A stretch of 20,000 nt of DNA from Chiloscyllium plagiosum (taxonomy: Eukaryota), in the NCBI RefSeq assembly GCF_004010195.1, contig NC_057718.1:91119923-91139922 (forward strand), written 5' to 3'. Shown piece after piece: positions 1 to 12,419 of this stretch. A model generated the notes under the pieces. The model had not been told where the DNA came from, ran no database searches, and saw only the letters and a list, made by a program, of their open reading frames with translations. Position 1 is the first letter of the stretch. Every line of letters begins with the position of its first letter. The translations under genes were made by a program, and so were the position numbers.

Positions 1-1248
1 AAGTGTGGTTTGTTTGCGGGTTTTCTTTTACCATATGACAAACAAGTTAGATGTGCAAGAGGCAAAATAGACTGGTATTAGGCTCATGATAGGGGAACAC
101 ATTTAAGTCCATTGTGCTGTTGTGCAGAAACCCTGTGCGTCAATACAGAACAGCCCCAGGAGTTTAATCAACACATCACTGACTCAAAGTACAGCTGTTC
201 TGCTGCATGAGTCACAGTTTTAGGCACCATCACTGAGTGCAGGCTTAGTGTGTTTGTACGCTTAACCATAGTATTTTAACTTTAAAATATGTCCACAAAC
301 AACAGGGTTCAGCTTCAATTATTTGGAATGTCTACTATTTAATCTTTCCCCATTCTGTAGAAACAAAACTGCTTGCTGTCATTAGGTTAAGTGACTTTGC
401 TCTCAGAGCCCAGCTCTCTATTAGTATTGGCTAATGGTGATGTTTTAGGGGTAGGAAGGCTGTTGGAGACAGAGAAATCAATTGCAGCCTGGGTGGAATT
501 CTTCATTTGTGTAAACAGGAAGATAATCCTGGCCTCAGTGCAATCAAGCGGATTTATTGGATTTCAGTCCTGACTCATGGGTGCAGTGCTGTGGAAACAC
601 AATTCTTTGAAAGGTTTTAAAGAGTGGGAACAGTGCATCAGAAGCACCCCATTTTCTGCAGCTGCTTCCCCTTAGTAAAACCTGAAAATATATTTTCTTT
701 TACGGGCTCTATCATAATCGCTAGTCAAGGACCTGTGTGGAGATTGCTCAGCTGATGCTCTCTACATTAAGCGTATGTAATTATCAAATCATACTTTTCT
801 TGAGTATCTTATGGTAATGGGCCGGAGGAGTGGCAGGGGTGGGGTGACCCAGCTCTTCTGCTTTTTCGAGGAGGTGGATTGAGATTGGCAGGTTCATCAT
901 CGCCCTGTGCCTGCCTCCAGTTTAACTTCATCCTTAAATCTAAAAGATCTCAGGCTGGTTTCCCTGAGACTGCAAGAAACCTGACAGTCAAAGGGAGACA
1001 AGGACCGTCCCATCCTTTATTGGGAGCTAGAGGGAACGTAACCACTTTCCCTTGCCTCCATGTGATGGGAATCTGATGATGATGCAATGAATCAACCCAC
1101 AAAATGAATCCCGTGTTCAGTCGGGCACAAGATTCCTTGGGTCCACTGAGCCTTTCTTAGGTGGCTGGAGATTAGATAAAACCATTCTATGCAATTGGAG
1201 AATGGGAGTCAGGGGCAGTGCGTGTATGGAGTGAACCAACATGAGGGT

Positions 1249-1588
1249 CATATAATCCCCACATTGTGGAAACAGGCCCTTCGGCCCAACAAGTCCACAC
1301 CAACCCTCCGAAGTTTTCCATTTCCCTACCCTGTTAGTCTGCATTTACCCCTGACTAATGCACCTAATCTACACATCCCTGAACACTATGGGCAACTTAC
1401 TGTGGTCAATCCACCCTAACCTGCGCATCTTTGGACCGTGGGAGGAAACCAGAGCACCTGGAGGAAACCCACGCAGACATGGGGAGAATGTGCAAACTCC
1501 AGACAGACAGTCGCCCAAGTCTGGAATCGAACCCAGGTCCCTGGCGCTGTGAGGCAGCAGCACTAACCACTGAGCCACCATGCTGCCC
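1249..1588 (-). mobile_element. HE1-type (V-SINE) tRNA-derived SINE, near full length
   Basis: Minus strand begins GGGCAGCATGGTGGCTCAGTGGTTAG. Pol III A box TGGCTCAGTGG (1567-1577) and B box GGTTCGATTCC (1523-1533). The central domain and CR1-like tail (GGGCCGAAGGGCCTGTTTCCACA) are shared with copies at 7981-8257 and 18889-19199. Confidence 0.9.
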
Positions 1589-3852
1589 TCAGGTCTTCCT
1601 GTGATTAAAGGTCACCTGACTGAAACAGGAATCACACTCATTGTCAGCTGAGAACAGGAATAGGGGACTAGAGGGTGGCAGGAGGCCTTCATTCTCCTCA
1701 CCAGGAATTGATGAAATGGCTCCTGATGACACACCAAGAAGTCAGGGAATTGGATAAGCCTTCACAGTTCTGAGGAGCAGTGTGGGAGCTTGGGGCGGAT
1801 TCATCCAAAGTTTCTTTGTTTGACCCCCAATGAGGACTCTCGCTTTTCCTGGCCATGATGAAATGGTAAAAACAAGCCTTTGAAAAGATAACCTTCTGGT
1901 TCCAGATCAACTTGCAGCAGATTTTTTCGGGCTGGAAAGTCATGAGAGCCTCTGCATGTAGCAGTTGGGTCCAGTTGGGATCTGGTAGAATCATTGGGCT
2001 AAATCTTCATATTTAAAGTAAGATCAGACTGCAGACCAGTGGGCAAATCTCCTGTTGTCATGCCAACCCTGCAATATCATTGTATAATTGTAGGAGTGGC
2101 TATGTCTCATAGTGCTCAGATCCAAAAGCAGTAAGTCCTCATTTTAAGTCACTTTGCTTTGCGTGATTTCACTTTAAAGTTGTACAGTCTTTAAGGGCCA
2201 GCATTCCTAATTTTCTTCGTCATTTTCAATTCAGCATCCGTGTTGATTTCTTTCCTTTCTGCTTACATTGGTGTGATGTCAGGTCCCATGACCCATCTAC
2301 ACTATTCAGTAGCAAATACGATAATAGATCATTGTGCTCAAGGGGACTGCATTCATTTTAAACTCAAAAACGATGTTCTCAAGTAAGGATATCCAAACCA
2401 ATTTTGTGTTAGAAGGAGGATGTTGAAGTCTATGGACTGCACATTTCTCTGAAGAATGGCCCATTTCTTCAATCTGTGAAGGGAATTCCTGCTGAGAAAG
2501 CTCTGTGAGAAAGAGAGGTATTTGGTACCGAACACAGGTAAAATTAATTCCCTTGTTTTGGGGTGTATCTAGGTGAAAAATACAGGCTAAGTACAGAAGA
2601 TTGTCCCTGCAATATTCCGACCCCATTTTGGAGTCGTCAAGTCTGACCCTTATAGCAGGTGAAGTTAGGAGGCCGTTTTAAGTTGACGGAGCTTAAATTC
2701 GAGGTATCAATCACACAAAGGTGTCTCTCCATGACAATGCTTTAGGGATGTTTCAAAGCATAACTGAAGAGGTCAGATATCCACATCATATGATCACAAA
2801 TTGGAAAAAACATCCATTTAGGAAAGCATTAAATTCATGCAGTGAGATTTTCCCAGGACTGGACAATAATGAGATAGTGGAAAAATACGACTAGAAAGAA
2901 AAATTTAGATTCCCAATGTTGAGAAAAAGATTTCTGAGTTTTCCTTTAAGGATTTAGCAGCGAATTCTGAATCTTGCTCAGGTGCAGAGACAGTCTTATG
3001 TCCATGCAGTTGGATCTCATTATTAGCTCATCTCACCTCGTTTCTACACAGCTCCCAATTCTCCACCCCTTTATTCAGAAGCTAGATGATGCCAATTCCC
3101 AATATGGAGGTCAAAGTGGTTTCTGCCACCACAGATCACTGTTTTCTTCTCTGGGCTTTCACCTACTACCCGGTCATCATCATTTCCCTACCTGCACCAT
3201 GGATACATTCTCTTCTACCCTTCATCCATGCAAGTGGGCATCGCCAAATACCAGCCTTACCACATCGTCAAGGCTGCTTTGACCCACACACTATAGCAGT
3301 CATTCAGGAATTCACTTTGGAGCTTATGGACACATATCACCTTGCATGCCTCTGCCAGCTCACTTTGGCCGGAGGGACAGACAGACAGACATCTTGGGTA
3401 TCTTCACAAGGTGCCTCTTAGCTTGATTTTTCAGTCTTCACTCAATTTGCATGGACTGCGAAGATGCTAGCCTCTTGTGGCTCTCATTGCTCTTCAGTAC
3501 ATGGGCTTTTTAGCCATAACTAAGGGCTGTCAATTTCTCTGGCTCGCATTTCTGCTCAGTGTAGATGGAGCGATATACAGCACATTGCATATTCAAGGAA
3601 ATGGACATGCTGCTGTACTGAACTGTCCAATGTCAACGGCACACCTACAGCATGTGCCAGCAACTTGTGCAGCGAACACACTGTGCATACTTCAATCAAA
3701 TGGACATGCTTGAAAATCACATTGGGTCAGTTGTGAAGAGGGTCTATGTTCAGGGCTTCATAAGTGAAGCAGTCCCTTCATTTCTGTGGAAAATGGGATG
3801 CTCAAGCCTGGTGTCAAAATTCATTACACTGGGTTGCTGAGGGAAGGATGAT

Positions 3853-4875
3853 GGTGAGGGGAAAGTGGCAGCCCTTACATCAAGGCCACAATCACCTGGG
3901 TGTGGCATCTAGGGCCTTGAGCAAAACTGGAATCAATGGTATTGGGAGCAAACTCACCACTGGTTGGAGTCATATCTGGCACATAGGAAGATGGTTGTGA
4001 TTGTTGGACGTCAGTCATTTCAGCTCCAGGACATCTCTGCAGGGGTTCCTCAGGGTAGAGTCCTAGGCTCAAACATATACAGCTGTCTTCCTTCAATCAT
4101 AAGGTCAGAAGTGGGGATGTTTCCCAATGATTGCACAATTTTCAGCACGATTCACGATTCCTCAAAAACATAAGTTGTCCATGTTCAAAACATTGATACC
4201 TGGACAATATCCAGGCCTGGGCCGACAAGTGACAAGTGCCAGGCAATAACATCTCCGATAACAGACAATCTAACGACCACCCCATGATATTAAATGGTGT
4301 TGCCATTACTGAATCCCCCACTATCAACATCTTTGGAGTTACCATTGACCAGGAACTCTGTTGGACCCACCACATAATCACAGTGATGACAAGAGCAGGT
4401 CAGACCCTAGGAATACTGTAGCAAATAACTCATTTCCTGACACCCCAAAGCCTGTCCATCATGTACAAGCCACAAGTCAGGAGTGTGATGGACGACTCCC
4501 ACTTGCCTGGATGAGCACAGCTCCAAAAACACCCAACCAGCTTGACATCATCCAGGACAAAACAGCTTACTTGATTGGCACCACATCCATAAATATTCAC
4601 TTACACCAGCACTGATGCTCAGTAGCAGCAGTGTATGCCATCTAAAAGATGCACTGACATAATTCACTGAAGATCCTTAGACAGCACCTTCCAAACTCAT
4701 GACCACTTCCATCTAGACGGACAATAGTAGCAGAGACATGGGAACACCACCACCTGCACCTGCACTGCAGCTGTTCAAGAAGGCAGCTCACCATCTTCTC
4801 AAGGGCAACTAAGGAGAGGCATTATAATGTTGGCCAGCCAGCGATGCCCACATCCCACAAGTGAATTTAAAAAAA
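3853..4875 (+). mobile_element. 5'-truncated, decayed CR1/L2-superfamily LINE (RT C-terminal half and 3' end), a lineage distinct from HER1
   Basis: Frameshifted RT motifs: ESYLAHRKMVVIVG, SAGVPQGRVLG, GMFPNDCTIF (degenerate FADD), INIFGVTIDQEL. 3' end GGGCAACTAAGG...GCCAGCGATGCCCACATCCCAC followed by an A-run. Homologous to 17886-18207. Confidence 0.85.
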
Positions 4876-5609
4876 CAGACATCCCCCTTGACAGCACCCT
4901 GCAATACCTGATCCACTCTACTCTCTCAGCCACTCACCTGACACTTATCTACTATCATCCTATAGCCTTACCCCCTCATGCACCTGCCATTTTACTCACT
5001 TACCCACCTACCACCTTACACCCTCACCCACTCACTTTACGCACAAACCTTCTCTCAGAAGCTGTCAAAGAGGCTATGGAGCCTTTAAATTGTGTTCACT
5101 CATTGAAGTACAACAGTGAATACCTTTAAAAGGAGGAGCATGGGTTTTGCGAAGATTCACTCCAAGTTGGTGGTGAGGTTTGTAGGACTGCATCTGCTGG
5201 GATACATCCTGCATTAGAAGTCAGTCCCAGTAAATCCTGGCAAGGCAAATGAGAGGATTTCGGCCATAATATCTGTAACTGGAAAGTGTAGCAAAGACAT
5301 AAGAACAAGAATATTAATGGGAAAGACTCAAATTATGGGTGCTATATGGAAAATTTAATGCACAGTTCAAAAAGTAAAACTCTTCATTTGGAGTGATATT
5401 TTGTCTCGGTGTGAGTTGGGCATCAGAGTTGTGAAGCACAGATTCTGAGGAAGATGAGACCTGAATTTAGGGAGTTCTAAATTCAGGGAAGATTATGTTT
5501 ATGAAGTTCAGAAGTGCTTTGGTGATCGTGAACTAGAAACAGCAACTTGAAGAAAATCAATGACACTTCAGTGAGAGGCATTACAAATGAGTTTCATATC
5601 TCCACAAAG

Positions 5610-5765
5610 ATAAAGGGTGGCACTATGAAATCGAAAGCTCCCTGCTTACCCAGAAGTATACAGGGTAAGATAAAGCAGAAGAAACCTTATGACAGTCACA
5701 AAAACCTTAATACAGTATGAAATATACAGGGGTGAAGTTAAGAAATGAAATTAGGAAAACAAAAG
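5610..5765 (+). mobile_element. Old CR1 ORF2 fragment (linker between endonuclease and RT)
   Basis: Translates roughly as KGGTMKSKAPCLPRSIQGKIKQKK, followed by a basic stretch. Resembles the CR1 'PW...' linker; highly degenerate. Confidence 0.45.
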
Positions 5766-5766
5766 T

Positions 5767-7227
5767 ATTTATATCATCCACAGCCATGGGCGAGGTGTCA
5801 GAAGACTGGAAGATGTCTAATATTGTGCCTTAATTTAAGAAAGGTTGCAAGGAAAAGCCAGGTAATCAAAGACTGGTGAGTCTAATGTCAGTGGTGGGTA
5901 AGTTGTTGGAAAGGATTGATAGACTGGATTTACATACATTCAGAGAGGCAAGGACTGCTTGGGAATAGTCAGTCTGGCTTTGTGCATGGGAAATCATGTC
6001 TCACAAACTTGATTGAGCTTTTGGAGGATGTGACCAAGAAGGTGGATGAGGGCAGAGCAGTTGATATTGTCTACATGGACTTTAGCAAGGCCCTCAACAA
6101 GGCTCCATATGCTTAGTAAAGTTAGATCATATGGGTTCCACGATGAACTAATCAGTTGGATCCAAAATTGGTTTGACGGTAGGAAACAGAGGATTGTGGT
6201 AGAGGGTTGTTTTTCAGACAGGAGGCCTGTGATCAGTGGTGTTCTGCAGGGATCGGTACTGGGTTCACTGTTGTTTGACATTTATATAAAGGGTTTGGAA
6301 GAGAATATCGGAAGCGTGGTTATTATGTTTGCAGTTGACATCAATATTGAGGTATGGTGGACAGTGAACAAAGTTATCTAATGTACAATGAGATCTTGAT
6401 CAGCTGAGCCAGTGGGCCAAGGAGTGGCAGATGGAGTTTAAATTGGATAAATGTGAGGTGCTGCATTTTGGTATGACAAACCAGAGCAGGATTTACACAG
6501 TTAATGGTAGGCCCCTGGGGAGGTTGTTGAACAGAGATACCTAAGTGTTCAGGTACACAGTTCCTTGAAAGTGATACCACAAGTAGACAGGGTGGTGATG
6601 AAGGCATTTGGAATGCTTGTCTTCATGGAGCATTGAGTATAGGAGTTGGGAGGTCATGTTGCAACTGTACAGGACATTGATGAGGCCACTTTTGCAATAT
6701 TGCATATCGTTCTGGTCACCCTGCTATAGGAAGGATATTATTAAATTAGGAGGGTGCAGAAAAGATTTACAAGGATGTTGCCATGATTGGAGGGTTTGAG
6801 TTATAAGGAGAGGCTGACTATGCTGGGATTTGTTTTACCTAGAGCATCGGAGGTTGAGGACTGACCTTATAGATATTTAAAATAATCATGAAGGGCATAG
6901 GTAAGGTGAATAGCAAAGGTCTATTCTGAATATAGGACAGTTCAAAACTAGCGGGCATAGTTTAAAGTGAGAGGGGAAAGAATTAAAAGAGACCTGAGGA
7001 GCAATGTTTTCATACACCAGGAAGTGCAAGAATGGAATGAACTGCCAAAGGAGGTGATAGATGTAGGTACAGCTACAACATTTAAGAGACATTCGGACAA
7101 GTGTACGGATGGGTAAGATTTAGAGGCATATGGGCCAAATGGGGCTAGTTTAGTTTGGGAAACCTGTTTGACATGGACAAGATGAACTGAAGGGGCTGCT
7201 TCTGTGTTGTATGGCTGCATGGCTCTA
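5767..7227 (+). mobile_element. HER1/CR1 LINE, 5'-truncated, RT domain plus 3' UTR
   Basis: Broken ORF2: EDWKMSNIVP, SQSGFVHGKSCLTNLIE, AVDIVYMDFSKA, WIQNWFDGRKQRIVVEG, SGVLQGSVLG, MFAVD (FADD), LYRTLMRPLLQYCISFWSP. Ends in a CR1-type tail TCTGTGTTGTATGGCTGCATGGCTCTA. Confidence 0.93.
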
Positions 7228-7594
7228 AGGAGGAATCCAACCTGTTAAATAGCTTTACTAGATGGGCGTGGAGGAGAACGGAAAAAATCTGCTGGACAGA
7301 AAAAGTAACAAATCACGCAGGGCAAATGAGAGTGAAGAAACAAAGTAGCTCGCTGAACGTTATTCAGAAAAGGCACAGAGACTGGGAAAGGCACAGTGTA
7401 AGAGGAAACAGAACTTGTAAAGATATCTTATTGGGAGAAGATTTCGAAGTATAAAGGAAGGAGGAGAATTCCTTAAAAATTGAGGATAGCTTTTGGCAAA
7501 TGGAATGACTGCCACAGGGAAAAGCAACATAGAAAGACTATTAAGAGCCACGGACCTGCTCTTGGGTAGCACGCATTGATGTTGACGATTGCAT

Positions 7595-7768
7595 GCCAGA
7601 TGAACTTATGCAACAATCTGATAGTAGCTTTTTATTCCTAATTTATTCAATGAACTGAATTTACATTCCTTGGCTGCTGTCATGGGGTTTGAACTCATGT
7701 TTTTGGATCATAGTTCAAATGCCTGGAAAACAAAATCAGTGCAGCAACATTACCACTATGTTATGCTG
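7595..7768 (-). mobile_element. Degenerate tRNA-derived SINE, 5' part (family of 16425-16747)
   Basis: Minus strand CATAGTGGTAATGTTG...GAGTTCAAACCCC gives A/B-box-like motifs. Layout is similar to the 16425-16747 copy. Confidence 0.55.
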
Positions 7769-7980
7769 TTTTATGATAGACCTATTACACTTGAACCCTT
7801 TTTCAGTGTTTATTTCATATTCTTCATTTTAGTTTTTTTCTCTTTGCCTCTTCATGTTTTGGTGGATAATAACACATAACTGATTTTAAATCTCTGTACA
7901 ACTTGCTGGACCAGGGGATGTCTGCCTGTCACTTTAGTTTTATGTAATGAGATTTGGATAGAAGGTTGCACGTTTTAGGC

Positions 7981-8257
7981 TCTGGAGTTTGCATATTCTC
8001 CCTGTGTCTGCGTGAGTTTTCTCCGGGTGCTCCGGTTTACTCCCAAAGTCCAAAGAATTGCAGATTATGTGGATTGGCCACACTAAATTGGCGGAGTGTC
8101 CAGGGATGTGCTGACTAGGTGGGTTAGCCATGGTAAATGCAGGGTTACAGGGATAGGATAGTGGTATGGGTCTGAGTTGGACGTTGTTCGGAAGGTCAGT
8201 GTACACTCGATGGACCGAATGGCCTGCTTCCACACTGTAGGGATTCTATTGATTCTA
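7981..8257 (+). mobile_element. HE1-type SINE lacking its tRNA head
   Basis: TGGAGTTTGCATATTCTCCCTGTGTCTGCGTG...CTCCGGTTTACTCCCA...GATGGACCGAATGGCCTGCTTCCACACTGTAGGGATTCTAT matches the reverse complement of 1249-1500. Confidence 0.88.
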
Positions 8258-8282
8258 ACATTCCCCATCACCAATTCAGCTG

Positions 8283-8515
8283 AGAGGAGAAGGTACAAAT
8301 TTAAGGTGAATGCAGGGAAAAAAGATACCTTTATAAAATCTTTTTTTCCATATGAAATTATATTGCTTTAATCTATCGTTGAAGCAGTGCCCACAAACAG
8401 TTAGTTGCTTAAGGTTAGGAAAAGAAAAGCTGATGGAAAACGCTGATGTGGTGAAAAGATACAGAGACAGGCAAACTGAGCCAAGTCACTTGTTTCCATA
8501 TTGTGCTTTCTGTCC
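8283..8515 (+). mobile_element. Very old CR1-like 3' end fragment
   Basis: RRYKFKVNAG...FIKSFF resembles the CR1 ORF2 end (GH.FK...FF); a degenerate tail follows. Confidence 0.35.
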
Positions 8516-8958
8516 ATTGGTTCAAAACACCTTCTTTCCTAACAACAACAAATTTTGAAGTCAGGAATATTTTAATAGTCATGCTTTGAAATGCCATTGA
8601 TTTTGTTTTTAAAAAGATTTCACTTTTGATCTTCACTGCTTGTACAATTGAGACATTGGAAGTGATCCATTTGAAAATGGTCCATTTTTGGAATTTTTTT
8701 GTTGGCTTTTAAACACACAGGAAGATGTGGTTTTAGTGTGTAAATGACTCATCACATTAAAACACGCATCTTGACAATTCTGTCAGAGAATGGATCCTAT
8801 TCAAAGACCACAGATCTGTCAAGTCTAAATGTTTTGTTTCACTGTATAAATCACATACATGGCTTCCTAGACGCTTGAAGGTCAGAGTTGTATATTCAGG
8901 CAATCCAGGAGCCATTATTTCTTTGTTGGGGAATGAGGAATGTATGATTTTTCTGGGA

Positions 8959-9043
8959 TAACAGCAATTTCAGACAAAACTCAGCAGGTCTGGCAGCATC
9001 TGTGGGAAGAAAGCAGAGTTAATGTTTCAAGTCTTCATCAGAA
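8959..9043 (-). mobile_element. Penelope-derived terminal fragment related to the hairpin mini-elements
   Basis: CTCAGCAGGTCTGGCAGCATC parallels CAGCAGGTCAGGCAGCATC of the hairpin elements. Minus strand carries CTGATGA-AGACTT-GAAACATT, a collapsed hammerhead core. Confidence 0.65.
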
Positions 9044-9059
9044 ATTGTTTTGTACTAGA

Positions 9060-9300
9060 ATAGTTCGAATCCCGGTTTAGCAATCCTGTGATAATGAGTT
9101 AAAATCCTATTTTGGTAAATTATGAAACTGAATGTAACAAATCAGGTAATTGGTACATAGGCACCAGAATGCAATCTGACAGGTTTTTACAAAATTTCAA
9201 TCCATCATTTAGGGGAAGCAAATCTTACGATGCAACTCTAATTGACATATCATGGTTGTTTCTTCAGGCCCATTAATTGGTCTAACAAACATTCAATTGC
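9060..9300 (+). mobile_element. Highly decayed tRNA-SINE remnant (probably the 16425-16747 family)
   Basis: Patchy motifs only: TAGCAATCCTGTGA, GAGTTAAAATCC (B-box-like), TTTAGGGGAAGCAAATCT. Confidence 0.3.
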
Positions 9301-9569
9301 ACAAACAATTATTGGTTTCACAACAAATATGTGGCATCACCAACATGGCTCAATTTAAAGATAATTTGAGCGGTTGCGTTACAATTTAATTACTGATTGA
9401 ATACTATCAACACATCATAATGGCTCCAATCCACTATGCTTAGGATTGTGAAAAATATAAATGTAGTTATATGTACAAATGTACAATTATTAAATATGGA
9501 GGTACAAGGTTGTGGGGAACTGTTGAATAAGATAATGGTTCTGAAAGGGTTAACATTGTGCTGTACTAA

Positions 9570-9759
9570 GCTTAGCTCAGTTGTCTCAATGGTTGTTTAA
9601 CAATCCAGAGTGATGCCAACAGCATGAGTTCAATTCCTGCACCAGCTGAGATTACCATAAAGGATTCTCCTTCTCAATCCCTTCCTTTACCCAAAGCATG
9701 GTGACTCTGCAAGTTATGTTTTTAATGAGAGACTAGGACTATGGTGACTTCACATTACT
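9570..9759 (+). mobile_element. Short tRNA-derived SINE of a third family
   Basis: A-box-like TAGCTCAGTTG and B-box-like GAGTTCAATTCC; ends GGACTATGGTGACTTCACATTACT. No similarity seen to HE1 or to the 16425 SINE body. Confidence 0.65.
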
Positions 9760-10531
9760 GAGCTCTACCTAATCTGATGATGTCACACAGTGTTTGGGTG
9801 GAGATGGGACTTCTACACTCGACTTCATAGGCAGCAATTGGGTTCTGTACAGCTCCTGAGAATCCTCAGTTGCTTGGTCAGATTAGAAATGCATTTTGTC
9901 CTTTTAGTTATCATGCAGCTTGTTAACCTAGACAAGTGCCTCCTCTGTAAAAAAATCAGGACACTGGTGTATTCTCTACCAATGGTTATGAACTGGCTCC
10001 AGAGACAAAGGATAATTAATGACAGCTAACTACCTCAAACAACCCTTATGTAATGCCACATACTGACAAAGGTGGAAGGCTATGGTGCCTTCAGTGGCCA
10101 TTGAAGTAAATACCACACTAGCAGAGGGGCTGGGAGGGACAGAGAAATAAACTGTAAAGTAGAGAGATAAAGATTATAGAGAAAGAAATGATAATCATTT
10201 GTAACCTGACATAGTATTTTCCCTGGGCTACACTGCACATTATTGGAGCTGATAACTTCCAAATTTCCTACAGGAATGTCCAGACAGTAGAACTGCTCAA
10301 AAAAAATCCGGACAACTGGTATTTCCATGCTTTAGGTTTCCAGCATAGTTAAATTGTTTCGTAAGTAATTTTATTTCAGACATTGAGGAGTAAGAGGCAA
10401 TGTCTTCCATGTCCTGGAATTGGCAATTTAGTTATTACTGCAAGTAAGTATTTCCACTGAGCATTTCATAGTACTTTAAACATTGCTTAAACATAAACTA
10501 TATACAGAAGCCTAGTGGAGCAGGGCTTTAT

Positions 10532-10720
10532 CATAAGACCAACAGACATAGGAGCAGAAGTAGGCCATTCAGCCCATCACATCTGCTTTGTCATTGAATG
10601 TGATCATGGCTGATCTGATAATCCTCAACTCATCGTTCCTGCATTTTTTCCATAACCCTTGCTCCCCTTACTGCTTAAAAATCTGTCTTTCTCAGCCTTG
10701 AATATTCTTAACGACTCAAC
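10532..10720 (-). mobile_element. CR1 3' end fragment (CATAAGA-type tail)
   Basis: CATAAGACCAACAGACATAGGAGCAGAAGTAGGCCATTCAGCCC...ATCATGGCTGATC is the reverse complement of a vertebrate CR1 3' UTR. Related to 17654-17889. Confidence 0.85.
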
Positions 10721-10742
10721 AAGTAAAACATAAGAACATAAT

Positions 10743-11174
10743 GGTCAATCAGAGCTGGATTTATGCACTTAATAGTATGGTCCTGGGGAGTGTTTGTGAA
10801 CAAAGAGACCTTGGAGGACAGGTTCATAGTTCCTTGAAAGTAGAGTCACAGGTAGATAGGATAGTGAAGAAAGCGTTTGGTATGCTTTCCTTCATTGGAC
10901 AGACCATTGATTATAGGAATTGGGAGGTCATATGCGACTGGACAGGACATTGGCTAGGCCACATTTGGAATATTGCAAGCAATTCTGGTCTCCTTCCTAT
11001 CGGAACAATGTTGTGAAACTTGAAAGCATTCAGAAAAGATTTACAAGGATGTTGCCAGAGTTGGAAGGTTTGAGCTATAGGGAGAGGCTGAACAGGCTGG
11101 GGCTTTTTTCCTGGAGTGACAGAGGCTGAGGAGTGACCTTATAAAGATTTATAAAATGATGAGGGGCATGGATA
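10743..11174 (+). mobile_element. HER1/CR1 ORF2 C-terminal fragment
   Basis: EQRDLGGQVHSSLKVESQVDRIVKKAFGML and RTLARPHLEYCKQFWSPSYR...LESIQKRFTRMLPELEGLSYRERLNRLGLFS. Paralogous to ~6475-6900. Confidence 0.92.
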
Positions 11175-12419
11175 CTCCAGGAAATCTTTAAATCTTTAAA
11201 GAGGGGCTGTGCAGCCAGATACCTGCATGGGTATTGCAGGCTGTCTTTGATTTCTGCACCCAAACCCTTGACCAAGAACATCTCCCTTGACCTGACTGAG
11301 GACTACTCACCTTAGGCTTTGGCAATGGCCATTTGCTTGAAACCCATGCAATGCATTTGCCACCTACACTGCGGGCACATGGTATAGGTATGAAATTGAT
11401 ATAACATGGTGCCATCCAACAACATATTCACACACTTGACTGATGACTACTGACAACTGCGACCAGATGCCTGGCTTTGTATCCACACTAAAAGGCAAGA
11501 AATACTAGCAGCCTGATATCTCTGATTGTGGGGCAAAGAGATAAGTGGCAAGGCAGACATATTGTGAGCATCCAGGTAGGTACTGAGTTGATGAGTGCTA
11601 AGAGAGCAAAAGTGCAGCCCCTGAGAGATTGCCTGAGACAGTCTGTGAGCTGGCTGCCTGTCCCTCTGCTCAAAGTGTCTTTGTAGGAGCACTCCATTGA
11701 CAGTTGGTAAAGTGCAGCACTAATGAGCTTTAAGTGGATCAGAGACTTGACATAGTGGTACAGAGGGGCTGACATGTGTCAGATGCCACTGTTTGTGGAA
11801 GTGGGATGTGTGCAGTTGTTACCTATAGAGTTTGCTCTGAGACATTAGAGAACCATAGTGTCATAGAGCCCTACAGCACGGAGACAGGACCTATGTCGAA
11901 ACTGGTCCATGCCGACCAAAGTGTCCATCAACACTAACCCCATTTCCCAGCACTTTGCCAATATTCTTCTGAACATTTCCTATGCATGTATTTGTCCAAA
12001 TGCCTTTTTAAATGCTGTTAATGTACCTGCCTCAACCACTTCTGCTGGCAGCTCATTCTATATGTGTACCACCATCTATGTAAAAAAGTTACCCCTCAGT
12101 TTCCCTTTTATTATTTTCCCTCTAACCTTAAACTGATGCCCTCTAGTCCTTGATTCCCCAACCGTGGGAAAAATACTGAGTGCATTTACCTTATACATAC
12201 CTCTCATGGTCTTATACCCCTCTATAAGGTCCCCCCGAGTCTCCTACAGTCTGAAGAAATAAGTCATAATTTGTCCAACCCCTTCCTATAACTCAGACCA
12301 TTGAGTCCTGGCAACATCCTTGTAAATTTCTTCTGCACTCTTTCTAGTTTAATAACACCTTTCCTATAACAAGGTGACCAAAACTGAACACAATACTCCA
12401 AGTGTGGCCTCATCAACTC

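Noticed and set aside
1523..1588. tRNA gene
   Set aside because: The A/B boxes are the head of a SINE continuing into the HE1 body; no complete cloverleaf was seen.
2950..3850. Overlapping 60-111 aa ORFs or a possible Harbinger-like relic
   Set aside because: No recognisable motifs or convincing terminal inverted repeats; ORF lengths are compatible with chance.
4880..5050. C/A-rich low-complexity tract with a 100 aa ORF on +
   Set aside because: Compositional bias explains the ORF, and there is no clear repeat unit.
10214..10366. Possible exon ending at GTAAGT (10361-10366)
   Set aside because: All three frames from the TACAG acceptor hit stops before the donor, and no protein similarity was recognised.
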